DNA of 14,205 bases from Leidyana gryllorum EB-2025a (GCA_048772705.1 JBLWGC010000137.1:1-14205), one strand, 5' to 3'; counted from the first letter of the stretch, positions 1 to 7,965 are shown. The notes: generated by a model not told the origin, from the letters alone. Numbers and translations: made by a program.

Positions 1-348
1 GATTCGTTGCTCGAAGTCTACGAACCATTGGTCGATTGAGCCTGGTCTACTCAATGACAACATGGGGAGGTCATTATACTTGACCGTAGGGAGCCTCCTG
101 GTTTCTTGGCGTTCTGTACGGTCTGGGCGTTCCGTACGAGCGAGCATAGCAACCTCTGTATGTTGCTGGAGGCGCTGAGTATACTCGCGGCGCTCTGTTT
201 CCAACCGCTCCATAACCAATTGCTGCGAGCGCACCATTTCCATCATGAGTGTCATCATGTGACGGGCGTCAATAGGGGTTTCCGCAGGCTGTTCCGTATT
301 GCGAGGAGAAGCGGTATGCGAAGTGGCTTGCTCTTGGTTGGCGGACAT
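1..348 (-). CDS. Gag-like protein N-terminus (partial, 116 codons, runs off window)
   Basis: ATG at 348-346, open to position 1: MSANQEQATSHTASPRNTEQPAETPIDARHMMTLMMEMVRSQQLVMERLETERREYTQRLQQHTEVAMLARTERPDRTERQETRRLPTVKYNDLPMLSLSRPGSIDQWFVDFEQRI. Coiled-coil-like stretch followed by LP...W..dFE, resembling the start of a gypsy capsid domain; lies downstream of LTR/PBS. Confidence 0.75.
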   Translation of the reverse strand, partial: MSANQEQATSHTASPRNTEQPAETPIDARHMMTLMMEMVRSQQLVMERLETERREYTQRLQQHTEVAMLARTERPDRTERQETRRLPTVKYNDLPMLSLSRPGSIDQWFVDFEQRI

Positions 349-1454
349 GTTTACTTAGTAAAGAGTAACTTCACAACGAATGCTTAAGCAGTGATGGATG
401 CTCAACAACGAATGCTTAGTGAATTGCAGTTGAATTCTATACTGCTTTGTGTGCGTGTCTCTGCGAGACAGCAACATTGGCGCCTCTTACGAGTGCTGCC
501 TTTGTAGAACGTTTTAGTAAACGTAGACGACGCTTCACGTCAGCACTTGAGTCGTTTTTCATTGGGCGAGGACTTATGTCCTTACTTACATAACACCGAC
601 ACAGATGTTACCCGTATAACGACTTTACTTCATGCTGAGACGCGTAGTGCGCCGGTGGTTCCCATTAGACCACCCTTGACAGTTGCTAGAGCTCGCCGGT
701 TCCGGAGTTGGCGCTCCTTCACCGGTTTCCCACTGGTGCACCCAGGATGCCCTAGCCCTTCCAAGTTCACGTTTCTGGATGTTCGGCGGCTACAGAAGCA
801 CACACCTACTTGCCGCTAAGCAGGTACCGGTCGGTACACATACACTTAGAGGCCCCAGTCCGGATTCCAAGAGGAACTAGGCTCCCTCTCAAGTTGAGCC
901 AAACTAGCATACTGCGCGTTGCCAAACCCTTCGATTCCCAGCGAAGAAAAGGGGTTTGTTACAACGACTCCCCGGCTCGCCGGGTTGACTGATCGCACTG
1001 TAGGTTCTCTACAGCCAGCCTTTTAACAGATTTCGGACTTAAGTCCCCGCGACTCTGCGTACGTTCAATGTTCGCTACTAGGCCTGCCTGCCTTTCACTG
1101 AACACTCGCTGTCCTTAAAGGCACAGCTATGAGCCGAGGCTTTTAGTCCTACAGCCACATGTCGACTCCTGCTCCGGCTTATGCCCGGACGTCCCCCCTC
1201 CTTCTGGGAACTGGTGCTCCGTCACCTGATCATTTCATGTTTGACTTAGAGAAAAATGAAGGTAACTTAGCCTAGACCAGCTTTCCGAACCCCAGGGTGA
1301 TGGGTTTTCGACTTAGCAGAATTCGCGATCCGCTCGCCTGGCGGTCCGCGCGACTTAGCGGGTTTTTCGTTGGCCGTCCCGGCGCCTCTTCCGTGACGAT
1401 CCCACGATCCTCTCCGTGTGGCTGCTTGTGTGGCGATTTCTGCACAAGATGGCG

Positions 1455-1467
1455 GGCCGAGGCACCA
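1455..1467 (-). promoter_or_regulatory. Primer-binding site complementary to tRNA-Phe 3' end
   Basis: Minus strand TGGTGCCTCGGCC, 2 nt after the LTR end; complement of GGCCGAGGCA (3' end of Phe-type tRNA, 2736-2745) plus CCA. Confidence 0.85.
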
Positions 1468-1469
1468 CG

Positions 1470-2070
1470 TGTTGTAACCCCAAGTCGCTACTCGAGGGGA
1501 ACGAGGCCCAGTTCTCATCTCTGCATACTTTCGACCACAAGTCAGACTTAGAACCAAGTTAGTATTTTTGCCGACAAGTCTACCACGAATATGTCGCACA
1601 CGACGGCGCAAAACAAGAACTACGACTTGTTGTACCAAGTGCAAAAGTTATCTTAGGCCGCCTCTTGCCTAGTCCAACTCTGACTTAGCCAACTTTGCTT
1701 GCGTGTGTCTCTCGCTCTGGTGTCTCTCTCACTCCACCCATGTGCCAGTCGCTCGCACTCTTGCGGAGCCTCGCGCTGGACACACACGGTAGTTCTCCCC
1801 GACACCACACTCTGATCATTCATGTGAGTGTCTGCACAGTTACACTGTCGCAGAGAGCTCAGACCACTAGGGTGCATTTGCCTTTACGCTTTAGTAGTAG
1901 TTGCTTTACGTTCGTTAATAATGCCTTTCACCATCTTATACATGCCCCTATATAAGTGCCAAATATGTAGGGAAGTATCCAGATGGATGTTAATTCGATT
2001 GGAAATTTCACCAAGTCGAATCTGGCCACCCGATAGGAAGTTGACCATCAGGCAAACACGAACTACAACA
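1470..2070 (-). repeat. 5' long terminal repeat (601 bp)
   Basis: Terminal inverted repeats tgttgta (1470-1476) and tacaaca (2064-2070); PBS adjacent; TATATA near 1949-1954; tRNA-array homology begins abruptly at 2071. Confidence 0.8.
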
Positions 2071-2148
2071 CCGGCGGGACGGAATTTGCTCGTCGAATAT
2101 TTGATGCCACCACTACAATCACATGCGTTGCCATCTAAGCAACTCGGG
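2071..2148 (-). pseudogene. tRNA-Tyr(GTA) pseudogene, intron-containing
   Basis: Degenerate copy of 11434-11513; paralog of 7353-7431 including flank. Confidence 0.8.
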
Positions 2149-2242
2149 CCGTAAGAGTACTTCGGGGCGGTACACCGCACCCAAACGACATCGACGTCGC
2201 AACGGAAGCGATTAACACTCTGGAACTCAGAGAGAAAGTAAC

Positions 2243-2326
2243 GCACAGATGCCCGAGTGGTCTAAGGGGCCAGACTCAAGGTCTGGTAGGCGCAAGTCTG
2301 CATGGGTTCGAATCCCATTTTGTGCA
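2243..2326 (+). tRNA. tRNA-Leu(CAA)
   Basis: GCACAGA/TTTGTGC-A acceptor, CCAGA-CTCAAGG-TCTGG, long variable arm, GGTTCGAATCC. Confidence 0.88.
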
Positions 2327-2414
2327 ACCCCGATCATCCTCGAGAATAGGCTGGAAAAGCTACGGTAGATTCGAGTCTCTCTCTGTATATCCGGTTGCAT
2401 GCACCCAAGTATTC

Positions 2415-2433
2415 GGCTATTTGGTCTAGCGGT
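2415..2433 (+). pseudogene. tRNA-Pro 5' fragment
   Basis: GGCTATTTGGTCTAGCGGT; same Leu(CAA)-spacer-Pro context as 13305-13499. Confidence 0.6.
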
Positions 2434-2520
2434 GGTATCCGTGTCAGGATGGAAAAAGAAATGGATCCGATTCCCAGAAAAGCTCATTATAGGATGGTAC
2501 GGCTCTCGCCCAAAGCATGC

Positions 2521-2584
2521 ACCCGCGCGGACCAGGCCCAATAGAATTCAAATCCACCACCCCTCCCCACTCGGGCAAGTTGGC
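2521..2584 (-). pseudogene. tRNA-Ser (AGA/CGA family) pseudogene, 3'-truncated
   Basis: Reverse complement GCCAACTTGCCCGAGTGG...GGGCCTGGTCCGCGC resembles 3698-3779 and 4070-4152. Confidence 0.75.
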
Positions 2585-2672
2585 AACTGTCGAACTCGGG
2601 AGGCCGCGAGGAGTGGCCCCAGATGCGGCTGCGGTGAGTGCTTATTTTCACCGCGTTTCAAGACTTTTTAGC

Positions 2673-2745
2673 GCCTCGGTAGCTCAGTTGGGAGAGCGCC
2701 AGACTGCAGAACTGGAAGTCCCGTGTTCGATCCACGGCCGAGGCA
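2673..2745 (+). tRNA. tRNA-Phe-type body carrying a GCA anticodon (mutant or pseudogene)
   Basis: GCCTCGG/CCGAGGC-A, D-loop AGTTGGGA (G20), CCAGA-CTGCAGA-ACTGG with A31-A39 mismatch. Confidence 0.75.
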
Positions 2746-2882
2746 GAGAGGTTGTGGCATCTGGTGTCAAAATCTCTCGCGCCCGTGCGAGGGTTCTGCC
2801 CCTCAGCTAACCAGGCAGGCCCTGTCTCGATCACATGACGGTATGGCTGAGCCAACACCTTCGAACGTTTCATTCCATCTTC

Positions 2883-2954
2883 AGGGCACGCGCGGAGTTG
2901 AACCACGGACTTGCTGATCTGCAGTCAGCTGCTCTACCACTGAGCTACGTACCC
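2883..2954 (-). tRNA. tRNA-Cys(GCA)
   Basis: GGGTACG/CGTGCCC-T (U73), GCTGA-CTGCAGA-TCAGC, complete cloverleaf. Confidence 0.93.
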
Positions 2955-3097
2955 AGAACTGCCCCTCATACTCACTCAACTCGTTCCTGTCTCCTCACTT
3001 GAAGCAAAACGGCCGTGTACTAGAACATAGCTGCACGGATGGTCCCCGCAGCCCAAGAGAAGTGGCGAAGTTTCAGGAGTATTGAGGACCAGTTCCG

Positions 3098-3169
3098 AGG
3101 TCGCGCCGGGAATCGAACCCAGGTCGGGGGTTTCAGAGTCTCCAGTGCTAACCACTACACCACGCAACC
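3098..3169 (-). pseudogene. tRNA-Gln(CTG), anticodon stem disrupted
   Basis: Gln body; GGAGA-CTCTGAA-ACCCC has two stem mismatches. Confidence 0.75.
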
Positions 3170-3401
3170 GGTTCAGCCCATCCCAAAAGAGTCGGTACGG
3201 CCATCCGGACCAGCGCACCTTCCGTCGGGATTCCCGTGCGAACTGTCAGTGGTGTAGGTACACCCCCTTCTCGATGTCAGTATTTGGCTCTTGGAATGAC
3301 TGTTTGGCGGGGTGGACGAAGGTCTGAGCGGCCGCTTCAATCCCAGTCATGGGGTTTTGCTGTGCACATCACTCGCTCCTTCGGCTAGTGACTTCTGAAG
3401 C

Positions 3402-3475
3402 GGTCACATATTCCAGTCGGTTAGAGCGTGAGCCTGATAACTTCCGAGTCCGCGACTGGAGCCCGCGCGTGACCA
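3402..3475 (+). pseudogene. tRNA-Ile pseudogene
   Basis: Heavily mutated copy of 3899-3972; T-arm destroyed, anticodon reads GAT. Confidence 0.85.
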
Positions 3476-3575
3476 AGTGAGTGGATCTCTGATACAGATT
3501 CGCCCTGCACCCGAGGAAGGCCCAAGATTCCACGATCAATACGAATGGAATTTGTTACGAAGTCCGAGCTTCGTT

Positions 3576-3649
3576 GCCGCCCCAACTCCGTCGGTGAAGC
3601 GCAAGACTTTTGATGGGAGAACCGCGGGTTCGGGGGGGCGCGAGCAGTG
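3576..3649 (+). pseudogene. tRNA-Lys(TTT) pseudogene
   Basis: GCCGCCC...GCGCAAGACTTTT...CGCGGGTTCG, degenerate relative to 13959-14031. Confidence 0.75.
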
Positions 3650-3697
3650 CTGAACCGTATGCGAAGCCACTGGCTGCAAAATGCCAAGTTCGACAGC

Positions 3698-3779
3698 GGC
3701 AACTTGCCCGAGTGGTTAAGGGGGTAGACTAGAAATCTACTGGGCCTGGCCCGCGCTGGTTCAAATCCAGCAGTTGTCG
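3698..3779 (+). tRNA. tRNA-Ser(AGA)
   Basis: GGCAACT/AGTTGTC-G, GTAGA-CTAGAAA-TCTAC, long variable arm. Confidence 0.93.
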
Positions 3780-3898
3780 TGTGCTGCGATCATCGGAGTA
3801 GGCGGCTGGGCTCAAAACACCAGCAGTACATGCTAAGGATTGCAGTGGCGACGCAGAGGCATCAAGTAAGTGAATCGGTGCCATCTGTCGTCGGAGGC

Positions 3899-3972
3899 GG
3901 TCGCGTAGCTCAGTCGGTTAGAGCGTGAGCCTAATAAGCTCAAGGTCCCCGGTTCGAGCCCGGGCGTGACCA
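3899..3972 (+). tRNA. tRNA-Ile(AAT)
   Basis: Complete cloverleaf, TGAGC-CTAATAA-GCTCA. Confidence 0.95.
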
Positions 3973-4069
3973 AGGCAGTGGATCTGTGATACAGAGTTGC
4001 CCTCGACCCGAAGAAGCCCCAACATTCTGCGACGAATACGGATGGAATCTGTTACTAAGTTCGACAGTT

Positions 4070-4152
4070 GCCAACTTGCCCGAGTGGGGAAGGGGAGAAG
4101 ATTTGATCTCTACAGGGCCTGGGCCGGGCTGGTGCAGATCCAGCAGTTGTCG
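4070..4152 (+). pseudogene. tRNA-Ser pseudogene
   Basis: Copy of 3698-3779 with destroyed anticodon arm and T-loop. Confidence 0.85.
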
Positions 4153-4228
4153 TGCGATGTGATCGGAGGGGTCAGACACCAACTCAAGCGTGAATCCGTG
4201 GAATGGTGGGAAAAGCAACTGTGTCTTC

Positions 4229-4299
4229 TGCATCTGCCGGGAATCGAACCCGGGTCGTCTCGATGGCAACGAGACATTCTACCACTAGACCACAGATGC
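4229..4299 (-). tRNA. tRNA-Gly(GCC)
   Basis: GCATCTG/CAGATGC-A, TCTCG-TTGCCAT-CGAGA. Confidence 0.95.
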
Positions 4300-4310
4300 A
4301 TAATATCTTG

Positions 4311-4325
4311 TTGAGCTAGTCGCCC
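4311..4325 (-). pseudogene. tRNA-Ala 5' fragment
   Basis: GGGCGACTAGCTCAA with the same upstream flank as 11071-11115. Confidence 0.6.
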
Positions 4326-4419
4326 GCTGTGCAGACCTCATAGCATTCCGTGGTTTTCGCCCCTCATCAGATACCTGTTTCCAGAGACACACGCCCCTTT
4401 CTCAGTCCGAAAGCTCCGC

Positions 4420-4492
4420 GCAGCCATGGTCTAGTGGTTACGACGTCTGCTTCACACGCAGAAGGTCCCGAGTTCGATCCTCGGTGGCTGTA
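4420..4492 (+). tRNA. tRNA-Val(CAC)
   Basis: Complete cloverleaf, TCTGC-TTCACAC-GCAGA; identical to 5880-5952. Confidence 0.95.
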
Positions 4493-4545
4493 GCTCGAAA
4501 CTTTATCTGAGCACCACGAAATCTGAAGCGGAAAAACGAACTGTG

Positions 4546-4616
4546 CTCCGAGACCTGGAATCGACCCTGGTCTTCCGCGTGATAGGCGGAAATCCTAACC
4601 GCTATACTATCTCGGA
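4546..4616 (-). pseudogene. tRNA-Asp pseudogene (anticodon GTC>ATC)
   Basis: Asp body with damaged T-arm and ATC anticodon. Confidence 0.85.
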
Positions 4617-4710
4617 CGCTCTGGATACGCCGGCCTCCAACCCCAGAAGTTCTTCCATTTTGAGATTCCACGGATAGAAAACGCGTGGGGCGGCGAGCCA
4701 ACAACATTTC

Positions 4711-4790
4711 GGCAAGATGGCCGAGTGGTCCAAGGCGCTGTGTTCAGGCCGCAGTCCGAAAGGCCATGGGTTCGAATCCCACTCTTGTCA
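4711..4790 (+). tRNA. tRNA-Leu(CAG), near-intact
   Basis: CTGTG-TTCAGGC-CGCAG; one A-C mismatch in the T-stem. Confidence 0.8.
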
Positions 4791-4922
4791 GGCGTTGTAG
4801 TCAGGACAACCTGCGACTTCATCCCAGCATGCCCCCACGATGCGCGCGGGACAGCCCGCCGTGCACGTGGCACCCGGCTAACTTTTGTCGATACAACTGC
4901 CACATGATTCTCCAGCTAAGTT

Positions 4923-4994
4923 GCCTTCTTAGCTTAGGGGCAGAGCGTTCGCTTCGTAAGCGAGAAGTCGCCGGTTCGATTCCGGCAGAAGGCT
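4923..4994 (+). tRNA. tRNA-Thr(CGT)
   Basis: GCCTTCT/AGAAGGC-T, TTCGC-TTCGTAA-GCGAG. Confidence 0.9.
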
Positions 4995-5042
4995 TTGGTC
5001 ACGAGCCGATCTATTCTAGACTGTTTCCCTTTTGCGCACACT

Positions 5043-5114
5043 TAGCAGTGAGTCGTTTCGATCGACTGACCTTTGGGTTGTGAGCCCAACACTCTTCCGC
5101 TGAGCTGCACTGCT
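5043..5114 (-). tRNA. Initiator tRNA-Met body with CAC anticodon (variant or pseudogene)
   Basis: A1-U72, GGG/CCC anticodon stem, ATCGAAA T-loop; anticodon CAC; U8>C. Confidence 0.7.
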
Positions 5115-5239
5115 TAGTCTGCAACATGGAAGAGGTAGCCGAAATGCAATTCTTGAGATGTTAATTGCCTTGAGTGTCGACGCGGTGGCTGTGTTACTTC
5201 TAAAACTGCTTATCCCATCGGGTCAACCGACAACCCAGA

Positions 5240-5311
5240 GGGCTGTTCTGGGAATCGAACCCAGGACTCCTTCCACCCTAAGGAAGGATCATACCACTAG
5301 ACCAAACAGCC
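5240..5311 (-). tRNA. tRNA-Pro(AGG)
   Basis: GGCTGTT/AACAGCC-C, CTTCC-TTAGGGT-GGAAG. Confidence 0.93.
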
Positions 5312-5399
5312 GCCTGTCGGTCGTGCAACCCGCTGGGTACACTCGAGAGAGTGGTCATACTATGTGAAGTACCACTAAATGCGATGGGGTCTGCACAGC

Positions 5400-5472
5400 G
5401 GGGGACTAGCTCAAATGGTGAAGCGCTCGCTTAGCGTGCAAGAGGTACTGGGATCAATGCCCAGGTCGTCCA
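5400..5472 (+). pseudogene. tRNA-Ala(AGC), degenerate
   Basis: Ala body with G3-U70; mismatches in acceptor and anticodon stems. Confidence 0.75.
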
Positions 5473-5607
5473 AAGTTTGTAGTGCTGCAACTGGCGCTAT
5501 TTGACTACAGAGTTGAGAGCTTTGAGGGTGCCCTGTAGCCCTTGGATAGACTTTGGCATCGCAATACGGTCTAGGGTGCCTGAGACCGCGGACCTGCGAC
5601 TTAGTAT

Positions 5608-5645
5608 TGAACAATCACACGCTTTGCCCACTGCGCTACAAGAGC
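5608..5645 (-). pseudogene. tRNA-Asn(GTT) 5' half pseudogene
   Basis: GCTCTTGTAGCGCAGTGGGCAAAGCGTGTGATTGTT; paralog of 8507-8579 with shared flank. Confidence 0.6.
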
Positions 5646-5744
5646 CAGTTGAATATTTTGGAGGTTAGTAGAGAAACCCGTTTTGCATGTGTGGGGAAGC
5701 TCTAGTCCGCATGGCTCTATCAACTCTTTGAGAAGGGCTAAATC

Positions 5745-5816
5745 GGTTGCGTGGTGTAGTGGTTAGCACTGGAGACTTTGAATCTCCCGACCTGGGTTCG
5801 ATTCCCGGCGCGACCT
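5745..5816 (+). tRNA. tRNA-Gln(TTG)
   Basis: Complete cloverleaf, GGAGA-CTTTGAA-TCTCC. Confidence 0.95.
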
Positions 5817-5879
5817 TGAAACTAGTCCTCACTACTTCGTGAAACCTCCCCACTTGCTTTGGTCTGCGGGACCTGCCGT

Positions 5880-5952
5880 GCAGCCATGGTCTAGTGGTTA
5901 CGACGTCTGCTTCACACGCAGAAGGTCCCGAGTTCGATCCTCGGTGGCTGTA
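5880..5952 (+). tRNA. tRNA-Val(CAC)
   Basis: Identical to 4420-4492. Confidence 0.95.
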
Positions 5953-6007
5953 GCTCGCAACTTTCAGCGAGAACCAAAGGACAGAATCTTAAGCGAAACC
6001 ACCTGCG

Positions 6008-6079
6008 TTTCGAGCCCGGGAATCGAACCCGGGTCTTCCGCGTGACAGGCGGAGACACTAACCACTATACTAACTCGGA
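6008..6079 (-). pseudogene. tRNA-Asp(GTC) with acceptor-end lesions
   Basis: TCCGC-CTGTCAC-GCGGA intact; C2-A71 mismatch and discriminator G73>A. Confidence 0.7.
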
Positions 6080-6170
6080 CCCTCTGAACACGCCGGCCTC
6101 CAATCCCAGAAGTCTTTTTATTTCGGCTCACGGACAAAAAAAGCGTGGCGGGACGAACCAAGAGCACTCC

Positions 6171-6249
6171 GGCAAGATGGGCGAGTAGTCTAAGGCGCTG
6201 TGTTTAGGCCGCAGTCCGAAAGGGCGTGGGTTCGAAGCCACGCTTGTCA
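6171..6249 (+). pseudogene. tRNA-Leu(TAG), degenerate
   Basis: CTGTG-TTTAGGC-CGCAG; D-loop GG and 3' T-stem damaged. Confidence 0.8.
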
Positions 6250-6307
6250 GCCGGTGTATCGGCTCGGTCAGCCACTGGATGCAATAGATCTTCCATGTAG
6301 AGCGGAT

Positions 6308-6380
6308 GGGCGGCTAGCTCAGATGGTGGAGCTCTCGCTTTGCATGCGAGAGGTACTGGGATCGATACCCAGGTCGTCCA
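6308..6380 (+). tRNA. tRNA-Ala(TGC), near-intact
   Basis: G3-U70, CTCGC-TTTGCAT-GCGAG, ATCGATA T-loop typical of eukaryotic Ala. Confidence 0.82.
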
Positions 6381-6469
6381 AACTCCATGCAATTTTGGCT
6401 GCAGAGAAACGACTGGCGCGTGGTCCAAAAATGTGAATGTTGATATTTCAATCTAGTCGAAAAGCCGCG

Positions 6470-6542
6470 GCCTACGTGGCGCAATGGATAGCGCGTTGGA
6501 CTTCTAATCCAAAGGTTGCGAGTTCGAGTCTCGCCGTAGGTA
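6470..6542 (+). tRNA. tRNA-Arg(TCT)
   Basis: Complete cloverleaf, TTGGA-CTTCTAA-TCCAA. Confidence 0.95.
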
Positions 6543-6605
6543 GCCAAAGGCTCAGCACTTTACTTCGATGATTTGGCTACTAGCTGTCTTCGCTGAGGAA
6601 TGTTG

Positions 6606-6676
6606 TCCACTGTAGTCTGAGTGGCTAGGATATGCGGCCTCACCCGCAAGCTCCGGGCTCAAGTCCGGCAGTGGAA
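6606..6676 (+). pseudogene. tRNA-Glu pseudogene
   Basis: Glu body with a 6-nt anticodon loop and T-arm lesions. Confidence 0.85.
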
Positions 6677-6764
6677 GTCAGTGGTTGAAGTCAGTGGAAT
6701 ACTTGAGCAAAGTGCCCAGCAATCTCCGTCAATAGTGTCTGATTCGTGATCTTCGGCTTGCATT

Positions 6765-6836
6765 GCCTTCTTAGCTTAGGGGCACAGCATTCGCTTAGTA
6801 AGCGAAAAGTCGCCGGTTCGATTCCGGCAGAAGGCT
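6765..6836 (+). tRNA. tRNA-Thr(AGT), near-intact
   Basis: TTCGC-TTAGTAA-GCGAA; one D-stem mismatch. Confidence 0.82.
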
Positions 6837-7034
6837 TGACTGCATCGACTGGGCACCTGCAAAGCTTAAGTCTCTCAAGCTCCAATCATCTTAGCCGAGC
6901 GTCGTAGTTCAGCCACCAGAGGGTAAGTCTCTTAGCCACAAAGTCGCAGACTGGAACCTGCCAGTACTTGAGGCACCCACTAGCTCAACGCAGACTGCGG
7001 CCGAGTCTCGGGGTGCTGGAGCTCTTTCTCGAGT

Positions 7035-7105
7035 GCACTTGTGGTCCAAGGGTAGAATGCGAGCTTCCCATGCTCGCAGCCCGGGATCGAGTCCCGGCAG
7101 GTGCA
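7035..7105 (+). tRNA. tRNA-Gly(CCC), near-intact
   Basis: GCACTTG/CAGGTGC-A, CGAGC-TTCCCAT-GCTCG; T54>A. Confidence 0.75.
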
Positions 7106-7180
7106 GCCGATCGTACAGACTTGACCATGGCTGCAACAATATTTTCAACCGGGGCGAAGAGCAATGCACTTTAGACCCCT

Positions 7181-7252
7181 TGTCCGAGCCAGGAATCGAG
7201 CCTGGGTTTGCACGGCCACAACGTGCTGTCCTAACCACTAGACGACTCGGAC
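7181..7252 (-). tRNA. tRNA-His(GTG), near-intact
   Basis: GTCCGAG/CTCGGAC-A, GCACG-TTGTGGC-CGTGC; no encoded G-1; T54>C. Confidence 0.8.
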
Positions 7253-7352
7253 AATCTTTGAGCGAGGCTTTAGAGGTAGCGAAGCATCGATCAGGATGGA
7301 ATGGAACAGGAGCCTCAGACGAATTACGTTGTAAGAAGTCCACTCCTCAACT

Positions 7353-7431
7353 CCCGGTGGGACGGCATTTACCCGTCGAATATCTGATGCCACCACTACA
7401 TTCAGATGGGTTGTAATGTAAGCACCCCAGG
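7353..7431 (-). pseudogene. tRNA-Tyr(GTA) pseudogene, intron-containing
   Basis: Degenerate copy of 11434-11513 retaining the 7-nt insert. Confidence 0.8.
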
Positions 7432-7551
7432 CCGTGAGAGTACTTCGGGGCGGTACACCGCACCCAGAACGACATCTTCAACCCCAAAAGCCTCCCTTCA
7501 CGAGACTTCACGAACAGAAAACGTGTAAAAGTGGCGAGCCAAGAACACTCC

Positions 7552-7631
7552 GGCAAGATGGCCGAGTGGTCCAAGGCGCTGTGTTAAGGCCGCAGTCCGA
7601 AAGGGCGTGGGTTCGAATCCCACTCTTGTCA
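7552..7631 (+). tRNA. tRNA-Leu(AAG)
   Basis: Complete cloverleaf, CTGTG-TTAAGGC-CGCAG. Confidence 0.95.
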
Positions 7632-7697
7632 GCCGTTGTATTGTATTGAGTCGTCCCTCTCTTCACCTATAGACAGGTGGTTCGAGCTACATACGGC

Positions 7698-7768
7698 TGC
7701 ACCTGCCGGGACTCGAACCCGGGTTACGACCTTGGAAGGGTCGCATCTTACCCTTAGACCACAAGTGC
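7698..7768 (-). tRNA. tRNA-Gly(TCC)
   Basis: CGACC-CTTCCAA-GGTCG, intact T-arm. Confidence 0.93.
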
Positions 7769-7965
7769 AATTGCGAAAGATCTGCAGCACCCCGAGAGAC
7801 TCGGGCAATTTCTACTTCCAGCTGTCTGCGGATCGAATCGAGCACTTTCACGGACGAAGGAAACTGATACCACTAGCACTTCAACTCGACATGCGGGGCA
7901 GCGGCTGCCTTGCAGCTAGCAAGCTTGCCTCGGTCGAAACGGAACGTCTTCCGAGTGAGAGGCTA

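Larger units (their letters stand above)
1..2070 (-). mobile_element. LTR retrotransposon (probably Ty3/gypsy-like), 5' portion, truncated by window edge
   Basis: LTR, PBS, leader and gag-like ORF in the canonical order on the minus strand. Confidence 0.85.

Noticed and set aside
106-387. Plus-strand 93-aa ORF
   Set aside because: Antisense shadow of the gag-like frame
1628-1634. Second TGTTGTA as an alternative LTR boundary
   Set aside because: No PBS next to it; the PBS adjoins the copy at 1470
3215-3330. Conserved spacer (inverted at about 10165-10270, partial at 8625-8660) as a novel ncRNA
   Set aside because: Explained as the duplicated upstream flank of Ser(GCT); no clear structure or covariation seen
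4546-4616. Functional Asp(ATC), and likewise Ile(GAT) at 3402
   Set aside because: T-arms are broken; the anticodon changes are part of general decay
6606-6676. TCA (Sec or opal suppressor) anticodon
   Set aside because: Glu body with a 1-nt loop deletion and damaged T-arm; no Sec architecture
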